Origin: Candidatus Omnitrophota bacterium
GTDB lineage: Bacteria > Omnitrophota > Gorgyraeia > JABMRN01 > RBG-13-46-9
Direction: 5' to 3'
Assembly: GCA_016782445.1 (NCBI GenBank)
Contig: JADHYM010000002.1
Location: forward strand, 583-64,582
DNA length: 64,000 bases
Shown here: positions 43,381 to 53,054 of the stretch, one piece after another
Layout of the letters: the number at the start of each line of letters is the position of its first letter
Numbering within the stretch: position 1 is the stretch's first letter
Program-made: the position numbers and the translations under genes
The notes under the pieces: generated by a model
What the model saw: the letters and a program-made list of their open reading frames with translations, nothing else
Databases searched by the model: none
Told to the model about the DNA's origin: nothing

Positions 43381-43476
43381 GGTGAACGGTGTCGTAGCTC
43401 GAAACGTCATACATTGTACGTCGAACGTTCGTTGAACGGTAACCGTTCAACGATTCGAGTTACGATACCGGTCACC
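43381..43476. repeat. Nested palindromic element in the divergent intergenic region
   Basis: The outer arms ggtgaacggtgtcgtagctcgaa (43381-43403) and ttcgagttacgataccggtcacc (43454-43476) are near-complementary. The inner palindrome is gttgaacggt-a-accgttcaac (43431-43451). Confidence 0.8.
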
Positions 43477-43522
43477 GTATGACGATAAACGGGTTAATTA
43501 GAGTATTAACAAAACAAACAAG

Positions 43523-43552
43523 TTGAACCAAAGGCGCTAAGTGGTATATAAT
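43523..43552 (+). promoter_or_regulatory. Sigma70-like promoter of the CYTH gene
   Basis: TTGAAC, 18 nt, TATAAT. The -10 box ends 13 nt before the ATG. Confidence 0.35.
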
Positions 43553-43564
43553 TAAAGAGTTATT

Positions 43565-44128
43565 ATGTTGGAGATAGAAGCAAAATTCAAGATTACTGAC
43601 GAAAAGGCGATCCTTCGCGCGCTAAAGCGAATCGGTGCGCGGTTTAAGGGTAGAGTCGAAGAGAAAGATATCTATTACAAGGCTCCTACCTGCTGTAAAA
43701 AAGCGAGCGCTGTGAGGCTTCGCTCTGCGGGCAAAAGAAACATCTTTACGGTAAAAAGAATTCCGAAAAAAACCTTCTCGCGAAATTTCAAAATAAGAGA
43801 CGAGTTTGAAACCGATATAGAAAACAAAAAAGCATTTCAGGAGATTCTGAAAATACTCAAATTTAACCCGGCGTTCCGCAAGGAGAAACGCAGGCTTCTT
43901 TACGAATGGAGGAGGCTTAAGATTTCCGTCGACAAACTGCCGTTTATAGGGGTTTATCTCGAGATAGAAGGGGACAGAAAGCGCATCAGAAAAGCCGCGA
44001 AAGCGCTGGGCCTAGACAAAAAGAACGCGATTACCTCTACTTATATGGAACTTTTTGACAGGTATAAAAAACTTAATAAAAAACCCGGCCTGGAACTTGT
44101 ATTCAGACGGAAGAAATCAAGGGGATAA
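43565..44128 (+). CDS. CYTH domain protein (class IV adenylate cyclase / triphosphatase family)
   Basis: N-terminal MLEIEAKFKI (ExExK signature). Later strands with alternating charged residues (VRLRS, FTVK) and LEIEGD near the C-terminus. Confidence 0.75.
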   Translation: MLEIEAKFKITDEKAILRALKRIGARFKGRVEEKDIYYKAPTCCKKASAVRLRSAGKRNIFTVKRIPKKTFSRNFKIRDEFETDIENKKAFQEILKILKFNPAFRKEKRRLLYEWRRLKISVDKLPFIGVYLEIEGDRKRIRKAAKALGLDKKNAITSTYMELFDRYKKLNKKPGLELVFRRKKSRG

Positions 44129-44131
44129 GCC

Positions 44132-45157
44132 ATGCGTGTCGCGATGTACTATAGCAATAAAAAAGTGCGTACCGAAAAGATGCCCGTCCCGAAGATAAAA
44201 CGAGGCGAGATCCTCATGGAGGTAAAAGCAAGCGGTATCTGCGGTTCGGACGTCATGGAGTGGTACAGGGCCCACAAGGTTCCCCTTGTGCTCGGACATG
44301 AAGTCGCGGGACGAATAGCTAGCGTGGCAAAAGGCGTAAGAAAATACAAAGTAGGAGAAAGAATTATTGCGGCCCACCACGTCCCGTGCATGAGGTGCCA
44401 TTATTGCAGGGCGGGACACCATACCGTATGTGATACATTAAGGAGCACTAATTTTTATCCCGGAGGTTTTTCTGAATTTATACGCCTACCGGCCATAAAC
44501 GTTAAATACGGGGTTTTTCGAATACCGAAAAATGTTTCTTATGAAGAAGCGACGTTCGCGGAGCCGGCAGGGTGCGTTCTCAGGGGCCAGCGCCTGGCGG
44601 GAACACAAAAGGGAATAGTTTTTATCGTCGGAGCCGGCGTCTCCGGGATGCTGCATCTTGAGGTTGCGCGGCTCCACAAAGCAAAATGTATCGTGGTAGC
44701 TGATGTCGTGGAGAAAAAACTGAAAATGGCAAAACGCTTTGGCGCAGATGGCGTAATAAATGCGGCAAAAACGAAAAATATACCCGAACGGCTGAAAAAA
44801 ATAACGGGCGGGCGCCTGGCAAACGTGGTTATACTTTGCGCGAGCGCAAAACCTGCACTTCGGGCCGCCTTAGGTTCGGTTGATCGCGGGGGCACAGTGC
44901 TTATTTTTTCAGCGGCAGAAAAAAATGCCGCTATGCCGCTTTCCGTGAATGATATTTTTTGGCGCACCGAGGTAAAGATATTATCTTCGTACGCTGCCGG
45001 ACCTCGCGAACACATCCAGGCTCTCCGCCTCTTAAGCGAGAAAAAAATAAACGTTTCCGGAATGATAACGCATAGATTGCCCTTGACGGAAGCCGAAAAG
45101 GGATTTAAACTTGTTGCCGATGGGCGAAATTCGCTAAAAGTAATTATCGAACCATAA
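44132..45157 (+). CDS. Zinc-dependent medium-chain alcohol/polyol dehydrogenase
   Basis: GICGSDVMEW...PLVLGHEVAG catalytic zinc motif. CMRCHYCRAGHHTVC structural zinc loop. GAGVSG Rossmann motif. Confidence 0.85.
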   Translation: MRVAMYYSNKKVRTEKMPVPKIKRGEILMEVKASGICGSDVMEWYRAHKVPLVLGHEVAGRIASVAKGVRKYKVGERIIAAHHVPCMRCHYCRAGHHTVCDTLRSTNFYPGGFSEFIRLPAINVKYGVFRIPKNVSYEEATFAEPAGCVLRGQRLAGTQKGIVFIVGAGVSGMLHLEVARLHKAKCIVVADVVEKKLKMAKRFGADGVINAAKTKNIPERLKKITGGRLANVVILCASAKPALRAALGSVDRGGTVLIFSAAEKNAAMPLSVNDIFWRTEVKILSSYAAGPREHIQALRLLSEKKINVSGMITHRLPLTEAEKGFKLVADGRNSLKVIIEP

Positions 45158-45209
45158 GTTAAATTCGAAATCCAAAGCACGATATTCGAATTTGATAAAG
45201 GAGGACAAA

Positions 45210-45998
45210 ATGGATTGGGGATTAAAAAACCGCTTGTCAAAGATCATTCAACCAAAGACCGGAAAAACCGTGATGCTCGCGGTGGACCACGGTTATTTTT
45301 TAGGGCCGACCAAGGGCCTAGAAGACGCGCAAAAAACCATAAAACCGCTTTTACCGTACGCGGATTCTCTTATGCTTACGCGCGGGATCTTGCGAAATTG
45401 CGTTGATGCCGCATCGCGCGTGCCGGTTGTTTTGCGGGTATCGGGCGGCAACAGTGTTCTTGACGAGGATCTTTCAAACGAAGCCCTGACAGTATCTATC
45501 GAGGACGCAATGCGCCTCAACGCAGCTGCGGTTACCATGTCGATTTATGTAGGATCCCCTCACGAGCACCAGACGCTTGCCAACCTTGGTCGCCTTGTGG
45601 ACGAGGCCCAGCGTTATGGGATGCCTGTATTAGCAGTTACAGCCGTAGGTAAAAATATGGCCCGCGATTCAAGATACCTGAGTTTGTGCTGCCGCATAGC
45701 CGCGGAACTCGGGGCGCATTTCGTAAAGACGTACTTTTGCGAAAATTTCAGGGCCCTGGTCAAAAGCACACCCATACCTGTTGTTGTGGCGGGCGGTAAG
45801 AAAACCTCTGAAAAAGAAGCTCTTACACTTGCCTATAATTCAATAAAAGAAGGCGCCGTAGGGGTGGATATGGGCAGGAACATATTTCAGTCGGATTCGC
45901 CCGTAGGCATGATAAAGGCAGTGAGGGCAATCGTGCATGATGGCACGCAGCTCGAGAAAGCGTTTTCGATATACGAGAAGGAGAAGAAGGCGAGATAA
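45210..45998 (+). CDS. Class I aldolase of the DhnA/FbaB/LsrF/AroA' family
   Basis: GKTVMLAVDHGYFLGP, the Schiff-base lysine region AHFVKTYF, and VVVAGG. I chose the ATG at 45210, which has AAGGAGG upstream. Confidence 0.75.
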   Translation: MDWGLKNRLSKIIQPKTGKTVMLAVDHGYFLGPTKGLEDAQKTIKPLLPYADSLMLTRGILRNCVDAASRVPVVLRVSGGNSVLDEDLSNEALTVSIEDAMRLNAAAVTMSIYVGSPHEHQTLANLGRLVDEAQRYGMPVLAVTAVGKNMARDSRYLSLCCRIAAELGAHFVKTYFCENFRALVKSTPIPVVVAGGKKTSEKEALTLAYNSIKEGAVGVDMGRNIFQSDSPVGMIKAVRAIVHDGTQLEKAFSIYEKEKKAR

Positions 45999-46002
45999 AA
46001 TC

Positions 46003-46031
46003 TTGACACTAGCTTTTAATAACAATATAAT
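46003..46031 (+). promoter_or_regulatory. Sigma70-like promoter upstream of hisG with a roughly 85-nt leader
   Basis: TTGACA, 17 nt, TATAAT, a consensus-quality promoter. Confidence 0.5.
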
Positions 46032-46054
46032 AGCATTAATAAGTAACCACGCGC

Positions 46055-46105
46055 AGGGACAGGTCTTTAAATATGTCGCATAGTGTCAGGAAGAGGCCCA
46101 TCCCC
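46055..46105. repeat. Second copy of the purD-type palindromic element, in the hisG leader
   Basis: agggacaggtct...catagtgtc...gaggcccatcccc compares with ggggacaggtctc...gacactata...gagacctgtcccc at 36977-37026. The termini are shared. The central part appears inverted. Confidence 0.55.
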
Positions 46106-46120
46106 GCCTAGGAGTTTAAA

Positions 46121-46990
46121 ATGAAATTAAAACTCGGAATACCCAAAGGAAGCTTGCAAGATATAACGGTAAAGCTTTTCAAAAAGGCCGGATTTAACAT
46201 AACCATTCCGTCGCGCAGCTATTTTCCGTCCATAGATGATGATGAAATAGAGGCCATTCTTTTCAGGGCCCAGGAGATGTCGCGCTATGTAGAAAACGGA
46301 ACTATCGACTGCGGGATAACCGGATACGATTGGATCCTTGAAAACAACTCGAAGGTCGTAAGGGTATCAGAATTGATATATGCCAAACAAAGCATGAAGC
46401 CCGTGAGATGGGTACTGGCCGTGCCGGAGGGGTCTTCAGTGAGGAAGGTATCTTGCCTTAAAGGAAAAAAAATAGCGACAGAACTGGTAGGCGTTACCAA
46501 GGCCTACCTTAAAAAGAAAAAAGTTAAGGCGGAAGTAGAATTCAGCTGGGGCGCCACGGAGATAAAAACCAAAATGGGTGCCGATGCGATAGTAGAAGTT
46601 ACTGAAACAGGCGCATCTTTGAGGGCGAACGGTTTAAAGATTATCGATACAGTTTGTGAATCTACTACCAGGGTTATTGCGAACAGAAGCGCCTGGCAAA
46701 ATAGCTGGAAGAGAAAGAAAATCGAAAAAATCGTGCTTCTTTTAAAAGGCGCAATACTCGCCGAACAAAAAGTAGGTCTCAAGATGAACATACAAAAGAA
46801 GAATCTGGAAAAGGTAATCAGCATACTTCCCGCTATGAAAAGGCCCACAATTTCCATGCTTTCGGAAAAAGGCTGGTTTGATGTCGACACGATCATAGAC
46901 GAGGAGGTCGTTAAGGAAATCATCCCGCGCCTTAAAAAAGCCGGCGCAAGCGGAATTATCGAATACCCGCTAAACAAAGTGATATACTGA
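46121..46990 (+). CDS. hisG: ATP phosphoribosyltransferase (long form)
   Basis: [14 protein letters not shown] start and [12 protein letters not shown] motif. The 289-aa length includes the C-terminal regulatory domain. Confidence 0.9.
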   Translation: MKLKLGIPKGSLQDITVKLFKKAGFNITIPSRSYFPSIDDDEIEAILFRAQEMSRYVENGTIDCGITGYDWILENNSKVVRVSELIYAKQSMKPVRWVLAVPEGSSVRKVSCLKGKKIATELVGVTKAYLKKKKVKAEVEFSWGATEIKTKMGADAIVEVTETGASLRANGLKIIDTVCESTTRVIANRSAWQNSWKRKKIEKIVLLLKGAILAEQKVGLKMNIQKKNLEKVISILPAMKRPTISMLSEKGWFDVDTIIDEEVVKEIIPRLKKAGASGIIEYPLNKVIY

Positions 46991-47105
46991 GGGCGAAAAA
47001 CTTAAAGCGAAAAGTGTAAAGCTAAGGCGTCCTTCGGACCTTGAATGAAAGTTTTTAGCTTTAAGTTTTAGTTTTGCGCTTTGCGCTTTGAATTTTTAGT
47101 TAACG
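46991..47105. repeat. Word-stutter hairpin (aaagcg/cgcttt words) after hisG
   Basis: cgaaaaacttaaagcgaaaagtgtaaagctaagg, then cgtccttcggacc, then ...agctttaagttttagttttgcgctttgcgctttg. A one-armed relative lies at 11127-11189. Confidence 0.7.
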
Positions 47106-47125
47106 TTTAAGAAGGAGGTACCCCG

Positions 47126-47221
47126 ATGCCTTGCGGAAGAAAAAGAAAAAGACACAAGATCAAGACGCATAAAAGAAAAAAAAGACTTAGAAAAAATAGG
47201 CACAAGAAGAGACAGCGATAA
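47126..47221 (+). CDS. 31-aa extremely basic peptide, possibly a bS22/AURKAIP1-like small ribosomal protein (below the ORF-track cutoff)
   Basis: My own translation is MPCGRKRKRHKIKTHKRKKRLRKNRHKKRQR. GAAGGAGG lies 6 nt upstream. The composition and length resemble the tiny basic ribosome-associated proteins I recall from other phyla. Confidence 0.45.
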   Translation: MPCGRKRKRHKIKTHKRKKRLRKNRHKKRQR

Positions 47222-47239
47222 GGGAAAAGAGCAGTTTAC

Positions 47240-48529
47240 GTGTTTTTCCGGCGCTTGTGCTTACTACTTGTCGTAACGTATCTCGGTTTCAATGCCTTTG
47301 GCTTAAGGGCGGCAGAAGCTTCGCCGCCCGAAACCAAGGCGCTTGCCCATTACACAATGGGCATTATTTATGATTATAAAGGCCGTAACGACCTTGCTTT
47401 GAGAGAATACAGGGAGAGCCTTAAATATAATCCGCGCGGGACGCTCGCCCGCGTCAGGCTGGGAATAGATTACCTTATTTTAGGAAAAGAGAAAAAGGCC
47501 TTGCAGGAACTCGAGAAGGCCAAAAAGCTCGATCCCGGGAACGTCGAGGCGCGGTTTTTGCTGGGAATCGTGTATACTTCGAAAAAGGATTTTGTGCGCG
47601 CGCAGGAAGAATACGAATCTGTTATCGAGCATGATCCGGAAAACCTGAAGGCCCTCTCACTTTTGGCCGACATATTTGTCATACAGGAAAAAACAAAAGA
47701 AGCCACTCGTATCTACGAAAGGCTGACAGAGAAGAAGGACAAAAATCCTGTTCTTCATTTCAACCTGGGTGTTTTATATTCTAAGCTTGGAAAAAACAAA
47801 GAAGCCGCCGACCAGTTCCGGAAAGCGATAGAGATAGAGCCCGAATATTTCGAAGCCTATCTCGGGCTCGGTTATATATGCGAAGCGGAAGGAGCGCTCA
47901 CCGCCGCGATAGAAAGCTATAGAAAAGCGCTCAAGGTGGATCCTTTAAGCGCCGGTGTCTATCTTCACCTGGCGGACATTTACTCGAAAGAAGGCGACGA
48001 AGAAGAGGCAATAAAGAATTATAGGATCGCTCTCAGTCTCAACCCGAACGAAGTCGAATCTTATTGCGCCTTAAGCTACCTTTATATTAAGAACGAGCGT
48101 TTCAAAGAGGCTTCGAAGGTGCTCGAAGCGGCACTCGCGAAAGACCTTAAGGACGGGCGTATTTTTTTCTGTCTCGGAGCGCTCTACGAGCATAAAAACG
48201 AAAAAAAGAAAGCGGCCGAGAATTTCCGTACGGCGATTAGATTGGATCCAAAGCTTTCTTCCGCGTACAATTATCTCGGATACATGTACGTCGAGGAAGG
48301 CATAAAGCTTGACGAAGCGATTTTTCTTATAAAAAAGGCCGTAGAGCTTGATCCGCAAAACGGGGCGTATTTAGATTCGCTCGGATGGGCGTATTACAAA
48401 AAAGAAATGTACGAAGAAGCCTTGAGAGAGCTTGAAAAGGCAGCCTCTCTTATGCGGGACGACCCGGAAATAGAAAGACATCTTGAGAAAGTACGCGAAA
48501 AGATTAAAAATACAGAAGGAGAAAGATGA
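47240..48529 (+). CDS. Secreted tetratricopeptide-repeat protein
   Basis: Signal-like N-terminus followed by about ten TPR units (repeated A..Y..AL..DP.. pattern). GTG start. The stop overlaps the next gene (ATGA). Confidence 0.8.
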   Translation: MFFRRLCLLLVVTYLGFNAFGLRAAEASPPETKALAHYTMGIIYDYKGRNDLALREYRESLKYNPRGTLARVRLGIDYLILGKEKKALQELEKAKKLDPGNVEARFLLGIVYTSKKDFVRAQEEYESVIEHDPENLKALSLLADIFVIQEKTKEATRIYERLTEKKDKNPVLHFNLGVLYSKLGKNKEAADQFRKAIEIEPEYFEAYLGLGYICEAEGALTAAIESYRKALKVDPLSAGVYLHLADIYSKEGDEEEAIKNYRIALSLNPNEVESYCALSYLYIKNERFKEASKVLEAALAKDLKDGRIFFCLGALYEHKNEKKKAAENFRTAIRLDPKLSSAYNYLGYMYVEEGIKLDEAIFLIKKAVELDPQNGAYLDSLGWAYYKKEMYEEALRELEKAASLMRDDPEIERHLEKVREKIKNTEGER

Positions 48530-49359
48530 AGCAACCCGATATAAAGGCGCTTAAGAAAAAAGCCGTGCAGCTTAGAAAAGATATTCTCACGATGCTCGAA
48601 AACGCCGGCTCTGGCCATACCGGCGGGAGCCTGTCGCTCGTTGAAATTCTTACGGCATTATATTATTACAAAGTGAAACACAATCCGCGCGACCCGGAAT
48701 GGAAAGAGCGTGACAAGGTTATTCTGTCAAAGGGGCACGGTTGCCCGGCCCTTTACGCTGTTTTGGCGGATTCGGGGTATTTCCCTCATGAAGAGCTCGC
48801 GAGCCTGCGAAAACTGGGTTCGAGGCTGCAGGGACATCCACAGCGGGGCCTTCCGGGCGTAGAGGTATCAAGCGGTTCGCTGGGCCAGGGGCTTTCGATC
48901 GCGAATGGCATCGCGTTTGCGAACAGAATGGATAAGATAAAATCAAAGATCTATTGCATTCTCGGAGACGGGGAAACAAACGAGGGTCAGGTCTGGGAAG
49001 CCGCCATGACAGCGGCGCATTATAAGCTTAATGCGGTTTGCGCGATAGTTGACTATAATAAAATGCAGATAGACGGTTTTTGCTGTGATGTTAAAAACAT
49101 GGAACCGTTTTCCGAGAAGTGGCGCTCTTTCGGATGGCACACAAAAGAAGTAGACGGCCACGATATAAAGGCCCTTATAGAGGCGCTGGATGAAGCCGAG
49201 AAAGTAAAAGGCAAACCGCAGGCTATAGTGGCTCATACGGTAAAGGGGAAAGGAATTTCTTTTATAGAAAACCAGGTTAAATGGCACGGCATTGCTCCGA
49301 AAAAAGAGGAACTTGAAAAAGCGCTTTTGGAACTTGACGAAACGCTAAAAAAAATCTAA
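48526..49359 (+). CDS. Transketolase, N-terminal (TPP-binding) subunit
   Basis: SGHTGGSLS, LSKGHGCPALYA and GDGETNEGQVWEA motifs. The 277-aa length is typical of split transketolases. Confidence 0.92.
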   Translation: MKQPDIKALKKKAVQLRKDILTMLENAGSGHTGGSLSLVEILTALYYYKVKHNPRDPEWKERDKVILSKGHGCPALYAVLADSGYFPHEELASLRKLGSRLQGHPQRGLPGVEVSSGSLGQGLSIANGIAFANRMDKIKSKIYCILGDGETNEGQVWEAAMTAAHYKLNAVCAIVDYNKMQIDGFCCDVKNMEPFSEKWRSFGWHTKEVDGHDIKALIEALDEAEKVKGKPQAIVAHTVKGKGISFIENQVKWHGIAPKKEELEKALLELDETLKKI

Positions 49360-49372
49360 AGGGGTGGCATAA

Positions 49373-50995
49373 ATGTTTAATAAACGTCTCATAATGCATT
49401 TTCGCACGTACAAAATGTATATTGTAATCGGTGGCATCATACTTCTTCTTCTAGTTCTCTCCGTCATAGGCTTGCGGAGCCTGGAGTCTTTTTACAGGAA
49501 GATGACGCTTGCCACTATGCCGGTCCAGTTTTTAATGGCCGGCATACATGCGGCGATATTTGTATTCATGTATCTCGTGTTTTTAAGAGGCGGTTTTGCA
49601 AAGCTTGATAAAGCGCCCATAAAAGGAAAAGACGTTGACGTAAGATGGAAAGACGTAATAGGCATGGAAGCCGCAAAGCAGGAAGCATGGGAGGTCGTCC
49701 AACTTATACGGGATCGCGCGAAACTCCAAAAAATAGGCGGCAAGGTCATAAAAGGGCTTCTCATGATAGGCCCTCCGGGCTGCGGGAAAACATACCTGGC
49801 AAAGGCAATAGCTACGGAAGCGAGGCTTCCCTTTATTTCAATGTCAGGTAGCGAATTTGTGGAAATATTTGTAGGAGTAGGCGCATCGAGGGTGCGCAAG
49901 CTTTTCAGTAAAGCGCGGAACCTGGCTTTTGGTTATGGAGGGTGCATACTATTCCTCGATGAAATAGACGCGATAGGCCGTTCCAGGAGTTTCAGCCATC
50001 TTGGAGGCCAGGAAACCAATACTACGCAGAACCAGCTTCTTGCTGAACTCGACGGGCTTAAAGGCAAAGAAGAGAATGTGATCGTAATTGCGGCAACAAA
50101 TGCCCCGGAAGAATCTATTGACCCGGCATTAAAGCGTCCTGGCAGGTTTGACAGGATGATTTATATTACGCGGCCCAATCTCGAGGACAGAGAGAAGATA
50201 TTTGAGTATTACCTGTCAAAAATAAAAGTGAAAAAAAATATTGATATAGGGCGTTTAGCAAGAAGAGCTGTTTACAAAACGCCGGCTGACATCGCGAACC
50301 TTGTAAAAGAATCCGCTCTTATTGCTACAAGAAGAAAAAAAGATGAAATTGACTGGGATTCCATAAGCGAGGCTTTTGAGCGGGTTGAGCTTGGCATCAA
50401 ACACCCGCTTACCATGACCTCGGGCGAAAAAGAAATGACAGCTTACCACGAATCAGGGCACCTTATGGTCACGTATCTTTTGCATCCCACTGACGACGTC
50501 TTTAAGGCCTCGATTATACCGCGCAAAGGGACATTAGGCGCGGTTTACCATTCTCCCACTGAGGAGCTTCATACAAAATCAAAAGACAGCATGATGGCCG
50601 ATATTAAAACAAGCCTGGGAGGGTACGTTGCCGAGAAGATAAAGATAGGCGTAACCTCGAGCGGCGTGGCCGGCGATTTCAGGCAAGCCATGAGGACTGC
50701 CCATGGCATGGTATGGATGCTGGGGATGGGTGATTCGGGCCTTATAGGCGATTTTACCGCTGTGCCTAACGATCAATTATCAGATGAAATAAAAAAACAG
50801 CTCAACGACGATACCAACAAGATATTCGCGAAGTGCGTTAAAGAAGTGGATGAGCTCTTAGCTAAGGAACGGACAATACTCGACAGGTTTGCCAAAGAGC
50901 TCCTTGAAAAGGAAGAGCTCGAATACGACGAAATAGAAGCCATATTTAAGGAGTATGGGAAGAAGCCCGTAAAAAAAGAGTGGACAGCGAAGTAA
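49373..50995 (+). CDS. FtsH-family AAA+ zinc metalloprotease with a minimal extracytoplasmic loop
   Basis: Walker A GPPGCGKT, Walker [10 protein letters not shown], second region of homology [21 protein letters not shown], and zinc motif HESGH. The two N-terminal TM segments are separated by only about 20 residues. Confidence 0.85.
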   Translation: MFNKRLIMHFRTYKMYIVIGGIILLLLVLSVIGLRSLESFYRKMTLATMPVQFLMAGIHAAIFVFMYLVFLRGGFAKLDKAPIKGKDVDVRWKDVIGMEAAKQEAWEVVQLIRDRAKLQKIGGKVIKGLLMIGPPGCGKTYLAKAIATEARLPFISMSGSEFVEIFVGVGASRVRKLFSKARNLAFGYGGCILFLDEIDAIGRSRSFSHLGGQETNTTQNQLLAELDGLKGKEENVIVIAATNAPEESIDPALKRPGRFDRMIYITRPNLEDREKIFEYYLSKIKVKKNIDIGRLARRAVYKTPADIANLVKESALIATRRKKDEIDWDSISEAFERVELGIKHPLTMTSGEKEMTAYHESGHLMVTYLLHPTDDVFKASIIPRKGTLGAVYHSPTEELHTKSKDSMMADIKTSLGGYVAEKIKIGVTSSGVAGDFRQAMRTAHGMVWMLGMGDSGLIGDFTAVPNDQLSDEIKKQLNDDTNKIFAKCVKEVDELLAKERTILDRFAKELLEKEELEYDEIEAIFKEYGKKPVKKEWTAK

Positions 50996-51981
50996 AAAGG
51001 AACATCACTATAATTTTAAGCGCGGCGCTTGTAATTATTACCGCGGCGTGCGGCAATATAACGTATCCTAAAGAGAAGCTGAACGAAAGCATTAAAAGCC
51101 TGTGCAAAGACGAATACAACATCAATGTAGAGGTAAGCTCTATCGGGAAAACCATCGGCATTTATCTTCCGATACCCGTCCTTTTCGACGCCACGCTCAA
51201 CATGACCGAGGAGGCCCAGGAAAAGATACAGAACGTTCTTTTTAGTTGCCGGCGCGTGGCTTTATCGACGGATGCCGACCATGAATTTTATTGTATCATA
51301 GCCCAGGACGTGCGTTTTCCCGAGGTTCAGCTTATCATAATTAAGTACTTAGACGACGTTAAACGGGCGTCCCTCGGTGATATCTCTCGGGGGGAATATT
51401 TCAAACGTACGATAATAGACATGAACACCAACCCGCAGGCCCAAAAAGAACAGGCCATAAAAGATGTGTTTAAAAAAATAGAAGTAGAAGACGGATGGCA
51501 GGAAAAGGTGCTCGATGATTTTTTCCGCAGCCCCCCGGCTACGCTGGAAGACATAGGTTACTGGCAGGGTAAATTCTATCTTAAGGACATAACCCTCGAA
51601 GAGTTCATGGCCCAGCAGATGGCCCGGCGCATAAAGCTAAGGTTTCGTGAAGAAGAGAGCTTAAGAAAGTACGTTATAAAAAGCATGAAGGCCGGATTTG
51701 AAAGGCAGGAAGAACTTATCTTTTTCAACATAGGAATGAAGATCGAAAACTTTCTTTTTACTCTCGATACGCTTGAAAGAAAGTCCATGGAACAAGAAAT
51801 TTTCAAAACTACCTTTGAAGAAATAGCGAATACGGTTTACGCCTATAAATACGAGGATTTTGATTTTGCGAGAATTGCAGAGGAAAATTTTAAGACCGAA
51901 CTTATTGTCTCGAAAGAGGACATATACCTTTTTAAAAGAAAAAAACTGGCTATCGGCGGTGTTTTAGGGGCGATAAACTGA
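50980..51981 (+). CDS. Hypothetical lipoprotein
   Basis: N-terminus ...IILSAALVIITAACGN has a lipobox-like TAAC. The rest has no recognisable family. The GTG start overlaps the ftsH-like gene end. Confidence 0.5.
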   Translation: MDSEVKRNITIILSAALVIITAACGNITYPKEKLNESIKSLCKDEYNINVEVSSIGKTIGIYLPIPVLFDATLNMTEEAQEKIQNVLFSCRRVALSTDADHEFYCIIAQDVRFPEVQLIIIKYLDDVKRASLGDISRGEYFKRTIIDMNTNPQAQKEQAIKDVFKKIEVEDGWQEKVLDDFFRSPPATLEDIGYWQGKFYLKDITLEEFMAQQMARRIKLRFREEESLRKYVIKSMKAGFERQEELIFFNIGMKIENFLFTLDTLERKSMEQEIFKTTFEEIANTVYAYKYEDFDFARIAEENFKTELIVSKEDIYLFKRKKLAIGGVLGAIN

Positions 51982-52023
51982 GCTGTAAGCTTTAAGCTAT
52001 AAGCTGTAAGACAGAAGGGAAAT

Positions 52024-52974
52024 ATGGAAGAATTAAAACATAAACCGACCCGCGACGGAGCGGGTGAGGCAATGCTTGAACTGGGAAAAAGAAATAAAAA
52101 CGTGGTTGTCTTGTCCGCGGACCTTACGGATTCCACGAGGGCGGGCTGGTTTAAAAAAGAATTTCCGGATCGCTTTATAGGTTTTGGCGTTGCCGAGCAA
52201 GATATGCTTGGAGCCGCGGCAGGGCTTGCGCTTTGCGGTAAGATTCCTTTTGCCTGCACGTTCGGCGTGTTCGCCTCGGGCCGTGCGTGGGACCAGGTAA
52301 GGGTTTCAGTTGCTTACATGAACCTTAACGTGAAGATCATAGGCACGCATGGCGGAATCACAGTGGGGGAAGACGGGGCAACGCACCAGGCGCTCGATGA
52401 GATCGCGCTTATGAGAATATTGCCCAACATGACGGTAATAGTTCCGTCAGACGCCAACGAGGCCTATAAAGCAACGATGCAATCCGCAGATATAGACGGG
52501 CCCGTATATATAAGGCTGGGAAGGAACCCTGCCCCGATACTTACGAAAAAAGAAGAACCTTTTAAAATAGGAAAAGGCGTTCTCTATTCCGAAGGCAGCG
52601 ATATATCGATAATAACGTGCGGGCACTCACTCTATGAGGCCAAAAAAGCCCGGGAAGAGCTTTTAAAAGAAGGCATAAAAGCAAGGATCATAAATTTACA
52701 TACTCCGAAACCCCTCGATAAAGAAATAATACTTAAGGCTGCTCAGGAAACAGGGGCCTTTGTTACCGTCGAAGAACACACCGTTCATGGCGGCATGGGC
52801 TCAGCTATCGCCGAACTTACGACAGGCGAATGTCCCGTTCCCATTAAGATGGTGGGAATACGCGATACGTTCGGGGAGAGCGGGGAACCTCTCGAGCTTC
52901 TCAAGTATTTTAACCTGGCGACGGAAGACGTCGTTAAGGCAGCGCACGAGGCCCTACAACTAAAGAAGAAATAG
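52024..52974 (+). CDS. Transketolase, C-terminal (pyrimidine-binding) subunit
   Basis: TRDGAGEAMLELG, FIGFGVAEQDMLG and THGGITVGEDGATHQALDEIALMR motifs. Confidence 0.92.
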   Translation: MEELKHKPTRDGAGEAMLELGKRNKNVVVLSADLTDSTRAGWFKKEFPDRFIGFGVAEQDMLGAAAGLALCGKIPFACTFGVFASGRAWDQVRVSVAYMNLNVKIIGTHGGITVGEDGATHQALDEIALMRILPNMTVIVPSDANEAYKATMQSADIDGPVYIRLGRNPAPILTKKEEPFKIGKGVLYSEGSDISIITCGHSLYEAKKAREELLKEGIKARIINLHTPKPLDKEIILKAAQETGAFVTVEEHTVHGGMGSAIAELTTGECPVPIKMVGIRDTFGESGEPLELLKYFNLATEDVVKAAHEALQLKKK

Positions 52975-52985
52975 CCGATATCACG

Positions 52986-53040
52986 CGTAATTTGTAATTT
53001 GTTGTTTGTAATTTGTATATTTTTACAAATTACCAATTAT
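52986..53040. repeat. Second locus of the taatttgtaa/ttacaaatta word hairpin
   Basis: cgcgtaatttgtaatttgttgtttgtaatttgtatatttttacaaattaccaattat shares both end words (cg.gtaatttgtaat and caaattaccaatta) with 41735-41830. Confidence 0.75.
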
Positions 53041-53054
53041 AAATTACTCGAGCA

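Noticed and set aside
44539-45240. 233-aa minus-strand ORF antisense to the zinc-dependent dehydrogenase
   Set aside because: The opposite strand encodes a protein with clear catalytic and structural zinc motifs. The antisense product has no recognisable features.
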